A stretch of 32,000 nt of DNA, from assembly GCF_003231495.1 (NCBI RefSeq), contig NZ_PQWO01000007.1:120001-152000 (forward strand), read 5' to 3'. A model generated the notes under the pieces. That model made no database searches. It worked only from the letters and a program-made list of their open reading frames with translations, and was not told the DNA's origin. Shown here piece by piece: positions 1 to 8,778 of this stretch; position 1 is the stretch's first letter; every line of letters starts with the position of its first letter. Made by a program: the position numbers and the translations under genes. The DNA comes from Acaryochloris thomasi RCC1774. Its GTDB lineage: Bacteria; Cyanobacteriota; Cyanobacteriia; Thermosynechococcales; Thermosynechococcaceae.

Positions 1-109
1 GCAAATAGAAAAACGTCAGGCCACTGCCCCATTGGGAGAGCAGACGACCGGCAGCAAGAATCCAAACTTGGCGATCGAGCTGTGGCAGCCAAGATAAATT
101 AAGTTTCAT
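1..109 (-). CDS. MFS-type transporter, first 36 codons only (gene runs off the window start)
   Basis: A reverse-strand ATG at 109-107 opens MKLNLSWLPQLDRQVWILAAGRLLSQWGSGLTFFYL, which stays open to the window edge. The hydrophobic first helix resembles N-termini of cyanobacterial MFS permeases (from memory, not searched). Confidence 0.4.
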   Translation of the reverse strand, partial: MKLNLSWLPQLDRQVWILAAGRLLSQWGSGLTFFYL

Positions 110-354
110 ATCATCAGGTCTAGCGGTGCGCGTATTGATTAGGGCATTAAAATGGCGCCGAACACCACGTTTACTAAAGAAGGGCTGCCCTAACTCAGCC
201 GGGTACTGCTATGTGGGTTGGAACGGTTTGCGTTCCTTGGCTGTCGATGTTTTTATTCCCCTGAGCTTAAATGGGAGAAGTGATACCCACTTTAGGGAAT
301 CCTAATCATACTGCCTGTTCTGACTGACGCTGACTACCCCGCGATAGATTTGAT

Positions 355-2130
355 ATGAAAAAATTATTCCTGTTGGTGCTGTTCCTGGTTGGGCTGGGCT
401 TCGCCATTGCTAACTTTCCGGGGCTGTCAGCACAAGGCAAATACAGCTCCATTGTTCTAGACTTCAGAGAAAGCTTGAGTACGTCAGACATTGAGCAACG
501 GGTGGATGCGATCGCAACTCAATACAGCGTCGAAGTTGATTACAACAGCGAATTCTCAAAGAGCGACCATATCTTCGTTCTCAAAGGTCAAGAGGAATTG
601 CTCAACAAACTCCGCGCCTCTGATCTGAAAGAACTCACAGAATTTATTGAACCTAACTATCTGTATCAGGCATCCCGAGCGCCCAACGACCCTGACTACA
701 GCAAGCAGTGGAACATGCGCAGCATCAACGTCGAATCTGCTTGGGAACGCACACGCGGCAGAGGCACCACTGTAGCGGTGATTGACACCGGTATTTCAAC
801 CGTCCCCGACCTGAAGCAGACTCGGCTGGTCCCTGGATATGACTTTGTGAACGATAGAGCAAGTGCAGATGATGACCACGGGCACGGCACGCATGTTGCA
901 GGCACTGTCGCCCAGTCCACCAACAACGGGTTTGGCGTTTCGGGAATTGCCTATGAGGCTCAGTTGATGCCTCTAAAAGTTCTCAGCCGACAAGGCGGCG
1001 GCACTGTCTCAGATATTGCCGAGGCCATTCGGTTCGCTGCCGACCATAAAGCCGACGTAATTAATATGAGCTTGGGCGGTGGCGGCGAGAGCAAACTGAT
1101 GCGCGAAGCGATTGAATATGCTCATAAAAAAGGTGTCGTTATTGTGGCCGCTGCCGGTAACGCGGGTCGCAACGCCGCCGAATATCCAGCCCGCTATCCC
1201 CACGTGATTGGTGTCTCTGCTTTAGATTCAGTGGGTAATAAAGCCCCTTACTCTAACTTTGGAGCGGGTGTTGATATTGCGGCTCCTGGCGGGTCCATAC
1301 AAGACAGAAACGGAACGGGTGGCATTCTCCAAAACACCATTACGCCACAGGGAGACTCTGTCTTTGCAGCTTTTCAAGGTACCAGTATGGCTGCTCCCCA
1401 CGTTGCGGGGGTTGCAGCCTTGATTCGCTCTTCTGGTATCCAGAATCCTGATCAGGTTGAAAAGATCCTTCAGCAGTCGGCTTTGCCCAGTCCCGGTGAT
1501 TCTGCCAATCATTTTGGGGCCGGGAAGTTAGATGCGGCGGCGGCAGTGGTCCTGTCAGCCCAAAAAAGCTTTGGTTTAGGTGGATTGCTCGCTTGGCTAC
1601 GGAACGGTCTGTTCTTTGGCTCTCGAATTTGGTTTGATGCTGGAGCGATTAACTGGGGGCTTAAGCTTGGCACCTTGGGTTTAGCTTGCCTGATCGCCTG
1701 GTCTTGGCGTTCCCTTTTGCCATCACCCTGGAATAGTTCTTTGCTGATGGGCCTTAATCTAGGCAGCGTCGGCTTTTTTCTACTGCGGGGGCTGTACTTT
1801 GTCGATTTGCCGCAGTGGCCGTTGCGAGTCCTCGGTAGCTCAATTCCCGAACTAGGCGGTGCTTTGCAGGGGACAATCGTATTGAATCCTCTATTTGCAA
1901 ATGCTCTGATTCCGCTATTTTTGATTGCGCTGCTGCTCAGCCATCCGCAGTGGAAGTGGTTCGCGATTGGGAGTGCGATCGGTGTTACGGCTTGTTTGGC
2001 CGTCAGTGCTGTTGTTTTCCCCGGCGTACTTTGGATTAGCAATCCTATTCTGGCGCGGGGGTATTTAGGTGTGAATGCTCTGTTCTGTTTTGCGGTTGCG
2101 CGGCTAGCAGCTAAATCGCCAGCATCATAG
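355..2130 (+). CDS. Subtilisin-family (S8) serine peptidase with signal peptide, propeptide and a C-terminal polytopic membrane domain
   Basis: 591-aa ORF. Catalytic motifs are VAVIDTGI (D144), HGHGTHVAG (H177), AAAGN (N269) and GTSMAAPHVAG (S344). The N-terminal signal is MKKLFLLVLFLVGLGFAIA. Residues ~405-591 are a run of about 5-6 hydrophobic helices. Confidence 0.9.
   Translation: MKKLFLLVLFLVGLGFAIANFPGLSAQGKYSSIVLDFRESLSTSDIEQRVDAIATQYSVEVDYNSEFSKSDHIFVLKGQEELLNKLRASDLKELTEFIEPNYLYQASRAPNDPDYSKQWNMRSINVESAWERTRGRGTTVAVIDTGISTVPDLKQTRLVPGYDFVNDRASADDDHGHGTHVAGTVAQSTNNGFGVSGIAYEAQLMPLKVLSRQGGGTVSDIAEAIRFAADHKADVINMSLGGGGESKLMREAIEYAHKKGVVIVAAAGNAGRNAAEYPARYPHVIGVSALDSVGNKAPYSNFGAGVDIAAPGGSIQDRNGTGGILQNTITPQGDSVFAAFQGTSMAAPHVAGVAALIRSSGIQNPDQVEKILQQSALPSPGDSANHFGAGKLDAAAAVVLSAQKSFGLGGLLAWLRNGLFFGSRIWFDAGAINWGLKLGTLGLACLIAWSWRSLLPSPWNSSLLMGLNLGSVGFFLLRGLYFVDLPQWPLRVLGSSIPELGGALQGTIVLNPLFANALIPLFLIALLLSHPQWKWFAIGSAIGVTACLAVSAVVFPGVLWISNPILARGYLGVNALFCFAVARLAAKSPAS
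508..515. repeat. HIP1 octamer GCGATCGC (example; 21 copies counted in the window)
   Basis: Exact GCGATCGC. Other copies lie near 2319, 4888, 6359, 8479, 8912, 10122, 10631, 13412, 14042, 18238, 20634, 21164, 21949, 22612, 24884, 29668, 29703, 30621, 31242 and 31961. Confidence 0.9.
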
Positions 2131-2228
2131 TTCTGTAATCTTTTCGCTCTGTAGCAGTGCTGTCGTCTCTCAAAAGATGCCTGGGCATCCTAAGAGTCGT
2201 GGACCCACAGAATAGCTATTGAGATTTT

Positions 2229-4046
2229 ATGCAGAACCCCTTCGCAAACTCAGAGCAGAGTGCGGCGCGTCCTTTTCGGCTAGTGCGCTATTTCTCAATC
2301 GCGAGCATTAGTGCATTTGCGATCGCAACCGCAATCCTAGGTATCGTTTATCGAGAGCAATCCGTCCGCGACCTTGTGGATCAAGGAGAACAGCAGAACG
2401 TGATGCTCACTCAGGCATTTGCTAACTCAATCTGGACTGACTTCTCTCCATTGCTGTCAATGACCCAGCAATTCAGTGACAAAGAACTGCAAAGCCACAC
2501 GCAGATCATTCAACTTCAGAATCAAGCCATTGCCCAGATGGGAGACTCCTCCGCTCTCAAAATCAAAATTTATGATCTGCAGGGGCGTACCGTCTTCTCT
2601 ACAGAGACTGCCCAAATCGGTAAGAACAAAAGCAGCTCAGAAGGCTTCAAGACCGCCCTGGCTGGCAACACACTCTCTCAGCTTGGCCACCGTGATACCT
2701 TCAGCGCTCTCTCTGGATCATTGAATGACCGTAAAGTGCTGTCCAGCTATGTTCCGGTCGTCAGAAACAGCAAAGTTGCGGGTGTTTTTGAGCTATATAA
2801 CGACGTTACCCCTCTTGTTGAAAGAGTTGAGGCGACACAACGATTCGTTGTTCTCAAAAGCATCCTCATCTTTGGAGTGCTATACCTCTTTCTCCTCTCC
2901 CTCGTTCGCTATGCTGCCAAGGTCATCGACTCTCAAAATCTTGCTCTGCAGAAATCGGCTGGGGCACACAAGCGTCAAGCTGAAGCTCTCAAAGAAGCCG
3001 TTAGCGACCTGCGGACGACCCAATCCCAACTGATCCACCAAGAGAAACTCGCCGCTCTTGGCCACTTGGTGGCTGGGGTTGCCCATGAAATCAATACGCC
3101 GCTAGGGGCCATTCAAGCCTCAGCCGCCAACATGAACAAAGCCTTAGAAGAAGCCCTCGCAGAAATCCCGCAGCTCTCGCAGAAGCTAACGCCAGAGGAG
3201 CAATGCTTGTTTTTTGAACTGGTCGAGCAATCGCAACAAAGCGAACGTCTGATGACTTCTAGCGAGAAGCGGCCCTTGCGCAAGGCCATGATTCAGCAGC
3301 TCAAAGAATGGGATATTGAGAACCCTCGGCGCGTGGCAAATCTGATGATCGATATGGGGATTGTGGACAATATTCAAACCTTTGTGCCCCTGATCCAGCA
3401 TGAGCAATCGGCCTGGATTTTGCAGCTCTCCTATAATCTCACCCGCCTACCGGTCAGTAATCGCACTATCCTCAAAGCTGTCGAAAGAGCGGCCAAGGTG
3501 GTCTTTGCCCTCAAAAACTACGCTCGCCAAGACCACAGTGGTCAGCCGCAGTTAGTAAAATTAACGGATGGCATCGAGACCGTTCTAGAGCTTTACCACA
3601 ACGAACTCAAGCATGGGGTTGAACTCAGCCGTGACTACCAAGCTGAACCCGAACTCTGGTGCTATCCTGACGAACTGATTCAGGTGTGGACAAACTTGAT
3701 TCATAACGGTCTCCAAGCAATGGAGAGTAAAGGCTCCATTGCCATTACCGTGCAGCAAATTGGAGACCGTTGCCAGGTGAAAATTGCCGATTCTGGTCAA
3801 GGCATTCCGTCTGAGGTGCAAGCCAAAATCTTCGACCCCTTCTTCACCACCAAAAAAGCCGGAGAAGGGAGCGGTCTCGGTCTCAATATCAGTCAGCAAA
3901 TCGTTGAGAAACATCAGGGAAAAATTACCTTAAAGAGTCAACCTGGGCACACTGAATTTACGGTGCACCTGCCTCTCACCCAGTTGCCAGAAGAATCTGC
4001 AGCCATATCTGAACCCACCCCTATTGGAGAACTAAGTCATGTCTGA
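2229..4046 (+). CDS. Membrane sensor histidine kinase (two TM helices flanking a ~165-aa extracytoplasmic loop)
   Basis: 605-aa ORF. TM1 is ~aa 21-41 and TM2 ~aa 207-227. H-box is GVAHEINTPLGAI (H286), N-box WTNLIHNGLQA, G1 DSGQGIP, F-box FDPFFTTK and G2 GSGLGLNIS. About 205 aa separate the H-box from the N-box, which indicates an insertion in the DHp region. Confidence 0.9.
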   Translation: MQNPFANSEQSAARPFRLVRYFSIASISAFAIATAILGIVYREQSVRDLVDQGEQQNVMLTQAFANSIWTDFSPLLSMTQQFSDKELQSHTQIIQLQNQAIAQMGDSSALKIKIYDLQGRTVFSTETAQIGKNKSSSEGFKTALAGNTLSQLGHRDTFSALSGSLNDRKVLSSYVPVVRNSKVAGVFELYNDVTPLVERVEATQRFVVLKSILIFGVLYLFLLSLVRYAAKVIDSQNLALQKSAGAHKRQAEALKEAVSDLRTTQSQLIHQEKLAALGHLVAGVAHEINTPLGAIQASAANMNKALEEALAEIPQLSQKLTPEEQCLFFELVEQSQQSERLMTSSEKRPLRKAMIQQLKEWDIENPRRVANLMIDMGIVDNIQTFVPLIQHEQSAWILQLSYNLTRLPVSNRTILKAVERAAKVVFALKNYARQDHSGQPQLVKLTDGIETVLELYHNELKHGVELSRDYQAEPELWCYPDELIQVWTNLIHNGLQAMESKGSIAITVQQIGDRCQVKIADSGQGIPSEVQAKIFDPFFTTKKAGEGSGLGLNISQQIVEKHQGKITLKSQPGHTEFTVHLPLTQLPEESAAISEPTPIGELSHV

Positions 4047-4428
4047 AGCTGGAATTCTCTGTGTAGATGATGAAATTACAATTCTCGATAGCCTTAAAGA
4101 ACAGCTCTTTCGCTGCTTTGGCGATCGTTACCTCGTAGAAGTGGCTAGCAGCGCCACCGAAGCCCTAGAGGTGATGGAAGAGCTGCAAGAAGATGGCGTC
4201 AAAGTGCTAATCATTGTCTCCGACTGGCTAATGCCCGGTATCAAGGGAGACGAGTTCTTGATCAAAGTCCATCAGCAATATCCTGAGATCGTGACCGTGA
4301 TGCTGACCGGGCAGGCCGATGAAGCCGCTGTTGAGCGTGCCCGCAAGGAAGCCCAGCTCTATGCCTGTCTCCATAAGCCCTGGACCGAGACAGAGCTAAC
4401 TCAGGTGATTACTTCTGCCCTCAAGTGA
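4039..4428 (+). CDS. Single-domain (CheY-like) response regulator
   Basis: 129 aa. Acidic pocket CVDDE, phospho-acceptor IVSDWLMPG (D62), MLTG and KPW motifs. The start overlaps the kinase stop by 8 nt (ATGTCTGA). Confidence 0.9.
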   Translation: MSEAGILCVDDEITILDSLKEQLFRCFGDRYLVEVASSATEALEVMEELQEDGVKVLIIVSDWLMPGIKGDEFLIKVHQQYPEIVTVMLTGQADEAAVERARKEAQLYACLHKPWTETELTQVITSALK

Positions 4429-4431
4429 CCG

Positions 4432-6558
4432 ATGAACAACGCTGCTATTATTTGTGTCGATGACAATCTAGGTATTCTGAGTAGCCTCGGAGAACAGCTG
4501 AGGCGTGAGTTTAGCGACGCCTACGAAATTGAGCTGGTGACTGATGGCGAAGAGGCCCTAGCGCTGTGTGCGGAGTTGACGGCAGAAGGCATTGATATTC
4601 CGGTCGTTATTTCTGACCAGCAAATGCCAGGTATACAAGGCGATCAGTTCTTAGCGCTGCTCCATGCCCAGTATCCTCAGACGCTGACGATTATGCTGAC
4701 GGGGCAAAGCAACATGGCTGCCGTAAGCAACGCCGTTAATGCCGCTAATCTCTATCGATTTATTCCGAAGCCTTGGGATAGTGCCGATTTGATTCTGACG
4801 GTTAAAGAAGCGCTGCGCCGCTTTTCTCAAGATCATCAGCTCTACGACCATCAGCAGGCGCTGCAGCAGGCTAATGCTGAACTGGCGCGATCGCTCTCTT
4901 TGCTGCAGGCAACGCTAGAGTCAACCGCTGACGGCATTTTAGTGATTTACAAACAGGGGACCGTTACCCACTGCAACCAAAAGCTGGCAGAAATGTGGGG
5001 GGTGACGCTGCCTACCGATCTCAATCAGGTGCTCGCCCTGCTCTCCAAAAAGCTGCAAAATCCGCAGCAGTTTGACATGCCTAGCTGGGGGCAGGCTCAG
5101 TTTCTACAGCCTGCCAGATCCGATCTGTTGGCGCTTACCAATGGGCGTCTGATCGAGTGTTTCTCACAGCCGCAGAAGCTTGGCAAAGAGGTTGTGGGGC
5201 GTGTTTGGAGCTTTCGAGATGTGACGGAGCGTCAGCAGGCGGAAAGCATGATTCGCTATCAGGCGAACTATGACGAGTTAACGGGCTTAGCGAATCGCCG
5301 TCAGTTTAATGATTATCTGAGCCAATCTCTGACAATGGCGAAGCTCAATCAAGAAGGTTTGGCCGTCTTGTTTGTGGATTTAGACTATTTTAAGGTGGTT
5401 AATGATTCGCTTGGGCATGTCATGGGCGATCTCTTGCTTCAGCAGGTCGTGAGTCGCCTGTCGAGCTGCTGCCGCGATCAGGACATTATTGCCCGCTGGG
5501 GCGGCGATGAGTTTACGATTGCGCTCTCAAATATTCAGGATCACAATGCCGCAGCGGTGGTGGCCCAGCGAATTCTGACGGCGCTGCAGCCCAGCTTTGA
5601 TCTGGAGGGACATCCGGTTTGCATCACCAGCAGCATTGGTATTGCCCTGTATCCCGAAGATGGTGAGGATGCAGGAACGCTGCTGCAGAATGCCGATACG
5701 GCGCTCTATCAGGCGAAAGAGCAGGGGCGCAATAGCTATCAGTACTACACTCAGGCTTTGAATGATACGGGGCAAGATCGTCTGGCACTCGAGTATGCAC
5801 TCAATCAAGCTTTAGAGCGCGAGGAGTTTGCGGTTTACTATCAGCCTCAAATTGATACCCGCACGGGTGCAATCTCACATATGGAGGCGCTTGCCAGATG
5901 GCAGCATCCGCAGTTGGGCTTTATTTCTCCGGCGCAGTTTATTCCCATTGCTGAGCAAAACGGTGCCATTGTGGCGCTAGGGCATTGGGTCTTGCGGCAG
6001 GCCTGTGCCCAAGCGAAGATATGGCAGCAGTTGGGCATGTCTATTACTGTGGGGGTCAATCTCTCACCGCGCCAGCTCAGAGATGGGGCTTTACTAGAAA
6101 TGGTTGATCAGACCCTGGCCCAAACGAACCTAGAAACGAGTTTGCTGGAATTAGAAATCACGGAGTCGGCGACGCTACACAATTTGACGCAGGCGCAGTC
6201 GGTGCTGATGGATTTACATCGCATGGGGATTGGGCTGGCGCTGGATGATTTTGGAACGGGCTATTCTTCTTTGAGCTATCTAAAGCAGTTCCCCTTGGAT
6301 ACGCTCAAAATTGACCGATCCTTTGTGATGGATTTGCTGACCCAGGATAAAGATGTTGCGATCGCAAAGGCAATCCTAGAGCTAGGACGAGGATTAGACC
6401 TGCGGGTCGTCGCCGAAGGGGTTGAGACTGAAGAGCTGCAGCAGCTGCTTCAGAACTTTGGCTGTCAACATATGCAAGGCTATCTCTTCAGTCGCCCGCT
6501 TCCAGCCCTAGAAGCGACCCACCTACTGCAGACCCAACAAAGCACACGCGCTGCCTAG
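4432..6558 (+). CDS. Response regulator with REC-PAS-GGDEF-EAL architecture (c-di-GMP synthase/phosphodiesterase)
   Basis: 708 aa. REC has VISDQQMPG (D62) and KPW. A PAS-like segment ends in WSFRDVTERQQAE. The GGDEF domain reads RDQDIIARWGGDEF, with an RxxD I-site 5 residues upstream. The EAL domain has EALARW, ELEITES, DDFGTGYSSL, KIDRSF, EGVET and QGYLFSRP. The gene starts 3 nt after the preceding stop. Confidence 0.9.
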   Translation: MNNAAIICVDDNLGILSSLGEQLRREFSDAYEIELVTDGEEALALCAELTAEGIDIPVVISDQQMPGIQGDQFLALLHAQYPQTLTIMLTGQSNMAAVSNAVNAANLYRFIPKPWDSADLILTVKEALRRFSQDHQLYDHQQALQQANAELARSLSLLQATLESTADGILVIYKQGTVTHCNQKLAEMWGVTLPTDLNQVLALLSKKLQNPQQFDMPSWGQAQFLQPARSDLLALTNGRLIECFSQPQKLGKEVVGRVWSFRDVTERQQAESMIRYQANYDELTGLANRRQFNDYLSQSLTMAKLNQEGLAVLFVDLDYFKVVNDSLGHVMGDLLLQQVVSRLSSCCRDQDIIARWGGDEFTIALSNIQDHNAAAVVAQRILTALQPSFDLEGHPVCITSSIGIALYPEDGEDAGTLLQNADTALYQAKEQGRNSYQYYTQALNDTGQDRLALEYALNQALEREEFAVYYQPQIDTRTGAISHMEALARWQHPQLGFISPAQFIPIAEQNGAIVALGHWVLRQACAQAKIWQQLGMSITVGVNLSPRQLRDGALLEMVDQTLAQTNLETSLLELEITESATLHNLTQAQSVLMDLHRMGIGLALDDFGTGYSSLSYLKQFPLDTLKIDRSFVMDLLTQDKDVAIAKAILELGRGLDLRVVAEGVETEELQQLLQNFGCQHMQGYLFSRPLPALEATHLLQTQQSTRAA

Positions 6559-6643
6559 GTCTCTTGTCAGCGACATCGCACCCGCCGCTGATTACAGCTA
6601 TGCTGACTTCAAAGAACCCTACCCAAGCGGATGTTCATTCTTT

Positions 6644-6880
6644 ATGAGTATGCAAATAGAAGGCACCCTCAAATATCAAAACATTGGGGTTGGTGCTTGG
6701 TCACTGGTTAGCTCAGACGAAACCTACGAACTCTATCAAGCCCCTGAAGCCCTGCAGCTTGCTGAAGGAGCGCAGGTCACAGTGACAGGGCAAGTGCGGG
6801 AAGACATTATGACCCTAGCCATGATTGGCCCTGTTTTGGAAGTGGAAGACTATCAAATCCTCAAAGAGCCAGAAGCGTGA
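6644..6880 (+). CDS. Small hypothetical protein (78 aa), predicted beta-rich
   Basis: ORF with coding-like codon usage. The pattern GxWxL...YEL...G..V.V.G.V......M.GPVLEV resembles small conserved proteins I recall but cannot name. No Shine-Dalgarno sequence seen. Confidence 0.4.
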   Translation: MSMQIEGTLKYQNIGVGAWSLVSSDETYELYQAPEALQLAEGAQVTVTGQVREDIMTLAMIGPVLEVEDYQILKEPEA

Positions 6881-7995
6881 GCCTTGGCCCAGTGATTTTG
6901 AAGTGCGAGATGGGCAAAGCTATAGTCTGTTCCACGTCGCTGCAAAAGACCTAAAGCAGTGGCCTCATTGAGGACGCTGGCAATATTCCACGGCATTGTC
7001 CCAGATCGCCAGAGGATAATTCTCAAAACCAAGCGCTGGAGATGGATGATGCCTTCCGATAGAAACCAAAAGTAAAAACCGATGGGGATTGCCATCACCA
7101 GGATGTGGGGCCAAGGGATCCTTTGGGTGAAGGCAAGCAGCAGCAAGCTACATAAGCCCGTGCCACATAGAGCCGCCATTGCATAAATGAGCACAGCCGA
7201 AACAGTCCGCCGCCGTCCGCTGAGCCGTGAGGAACGTTGGGGAGGGCTGGAAATAAACAAACTCTCTAACACTGCAGAAATAACTGCGCTTACCGTCACA
7301 AACAGGAGTAGAGTCAGTGGCTGCCGACTCAGACCTAAAAGGATTCCGGTTAAAAATCCTACAAGAAGACGACGGGCAAGCTTATGCCGGATTGTTCGAT
7401 AGAGTCGCAGCCCAGAGACTCGAAAAGTTGGTAGGGGACGGATGATGCTCAACGCACCTAAGGGACCGAAGCTTAGGTCTTCAATGCTGTGGCTGATCAG
7501 ACCCACCGTGATTCCACTACAGAAGCCTCCAACCATTCCACCCCATAAGCCGCTGATAACGCCCTGAGCCATCGACCCCACTAGCCCAAAGCTGAGGCCG
7601 CCGATTAACCCCACAATCAGCCCAAAACAGGAACCACCGCAGATGCTGATCCCCAGCCGATATAAACGCCGTTGGGCTGCGGTGGCTAGCCAACTGGGCT
7701 GCAGGTCTGCAGCTCGAATCTGGGTCAAATTCATCCGCTCACACGTCTGGGCTAGCCACATTAATCCCTGCACGATCCGCATCACGGTGTCGGGGTCGTG
7801 TGAACCCTTTATCTGCTGCAGTATCGCTTCATGATAGAGCTGCCAAAATCTAGCGTTATTCTGCAGCCACAGCAGCGCCCCAATGTTCGAGAGCAAGATC
7901 AGGCGATGGATTGTCAGCTTTTCGTGAGTTTGCAGTCCCATTGGATTGGCTTCTACACGAGATGAACTGCATATCGACAGGGCCTGTGCCCTCAA
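6853..7995 (-). CDS. Polytopic membrane protein with glycine-zipper helices; resembles the C-terminal module of cyanobacterial NACHT/STAND NTPases but has no P-loop
   Basis: 380-aa ORF. The motif LMWLAQTCERMN..LQPSWL..RRLYRLG is followed by GGSCFGLIVGLIGGLSFGLVGSMAQGVISGLWGGMVGGFCSG and further TM helices. The C-terminus is LWRSGTMPWNIASVLNEATALGLLQRRGTDYSFAHLALQNHWA. No GxxxxGK[ST] motif anywhere. The start is uncertain; an alternative is M18. Confidence 0.6.
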   Translation of the reverse strand: MRAQALSICSSSRVEANPMGLQTHEKLTIHRLILLSNIGALLWLQNNARFWQLYHEAILQQIKGSHDPDTVMRIVQGLMWLAQTCERMNLTQIRAADLQPSWLATAAQRRLYRLGISICGGSCFGLIVGLIGGLSFGLVGSMAQGVISGLWGGMVGGFCSGITVGLISHSIEDLSFGPLGALSIIRPLPTFRVSGLRLYRTIRHKLARRLLVGFLTGILLGLSRQPLTLLLFVTVSAVISAVLESLFISSPPQRSSRLSGRRRTVSAVLIYAMAALCGTGLCSLLLLAFTQRIPWPHILVMAIPIGFYFWFLSEGIIHLQRLVLRIILWRSGTMPWNIASVLNEATALGLLQRRGTDYSFAHLALQNHWAKAHASGSLRI

Positions 7996-8088
7996 GGAGA
8001 GGTGTCCTTTGTATGAGAGGCGATTCCCTCATCTTTGCATTAAGCTTGAAAAGATAGCAGAATTCCGCCTCTGTCAAGGAGAGAGTCT

Positions 8089-8775
8089 ATGTTGAGCGTT
8101 GCCCAATCGCGTCCGTCTGAGCGCGCAGCCTTTATTCAAAAAACCTATTTACACCTCGCGGGCGCAATTGGCGCTTTTATTGTTGTTGAGTTTTTGTTGT
8201 TTCAGCTTGGTATTGCTGAGGCGCTTTTTAATCTTGTCTCAGGCAGCGGCTTTATTTGGCTGGCAATCATCGGTGCTTTTTCACTGTTGGGCTGGATGTC
8301 AAGAAGCCTAGCGGCGAAGGCTGATCAAGTGGGAACCCAATACGCTGGCCTGGGGATTTATGTCGTGGGTCAAGCGCTAATTTTTGCGCCAATGCTCTAC
8401 ATTGCGGCCTATTTTTCAGATCCAACCGTTATTCCGACTGCCGCGATTCTGACGCTGGCGATGTTCGGGGGGTTAACCGCGATCGCATTTACGACTCGCA
8501 AAGACTTCTCATTTCTAGGCGGTATTCTCAAAATTGGCAGCTTTGTGGCTCTGGGATTGATCATCTGCAGCACCATTTTTGGTTTCTCCCTGGGGCTGTT
8601 CTTCTCCGTGCTCATGGTGGCCTTTGCCTCTGCCGCCATTTTGTATGACACCTCTAAAGTCATGCATCACTATTCCACTCGGCACCACGTCGCGGCCTCG
8701 CTGGAGCTGTTCGCTTCCGTGGCGTTGCTGTTCTGGTATATCCTGCGAATTGTGATGTCGCTTTCTCGCCGCTAA
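8089..8775 (+). CDS. Bax-inhibitor-1/YccA family membrane protein
   Basis: 228 aa. The N-terminal ERAAFIQKTYLHLAGAIGAFIV is followed by about 7 hydrophobic helices, a size and topology typical of the BI-1/YccA family. Confidence 0.75.
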   Translation: MLSVAQSRPSERAAFIQKTYLHLAGAIGAFIVVEFLLFQLGIAEALFNLVSGSGFIWLAIIGAFSLLGWMSRSLAAKADQVGTQYAGLGIYVVGQALIFAPMLYIAAYFSDPTVIPTAAILTLAMFGGLTAIAFTTRKDFSFLGGILKIGSFVALGLIICSTIFGFSLGLFFSVLMVAFASAAILYDTSKVMHHYSTRHHVAASLELFASVALLFWYILRIVMSLSRR

Positions 8776-8778
8776 CCT

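Noticed and set aside
1509-2042. Long antisense ORFs inside confidently called genes, for example 1509-2042(-), 12400-12747(-), 17678-18127(+), 20575-20940(-), 24194-24553(+), 26747-27124(+) and 31093-31383(+).
   Set aside because: They are shadow ORFs opposite strongly supported genes. Their Arg/Ser/Pro-rich, low-complexity translations are typical of antisense frames in moderately GC-rich DNA.
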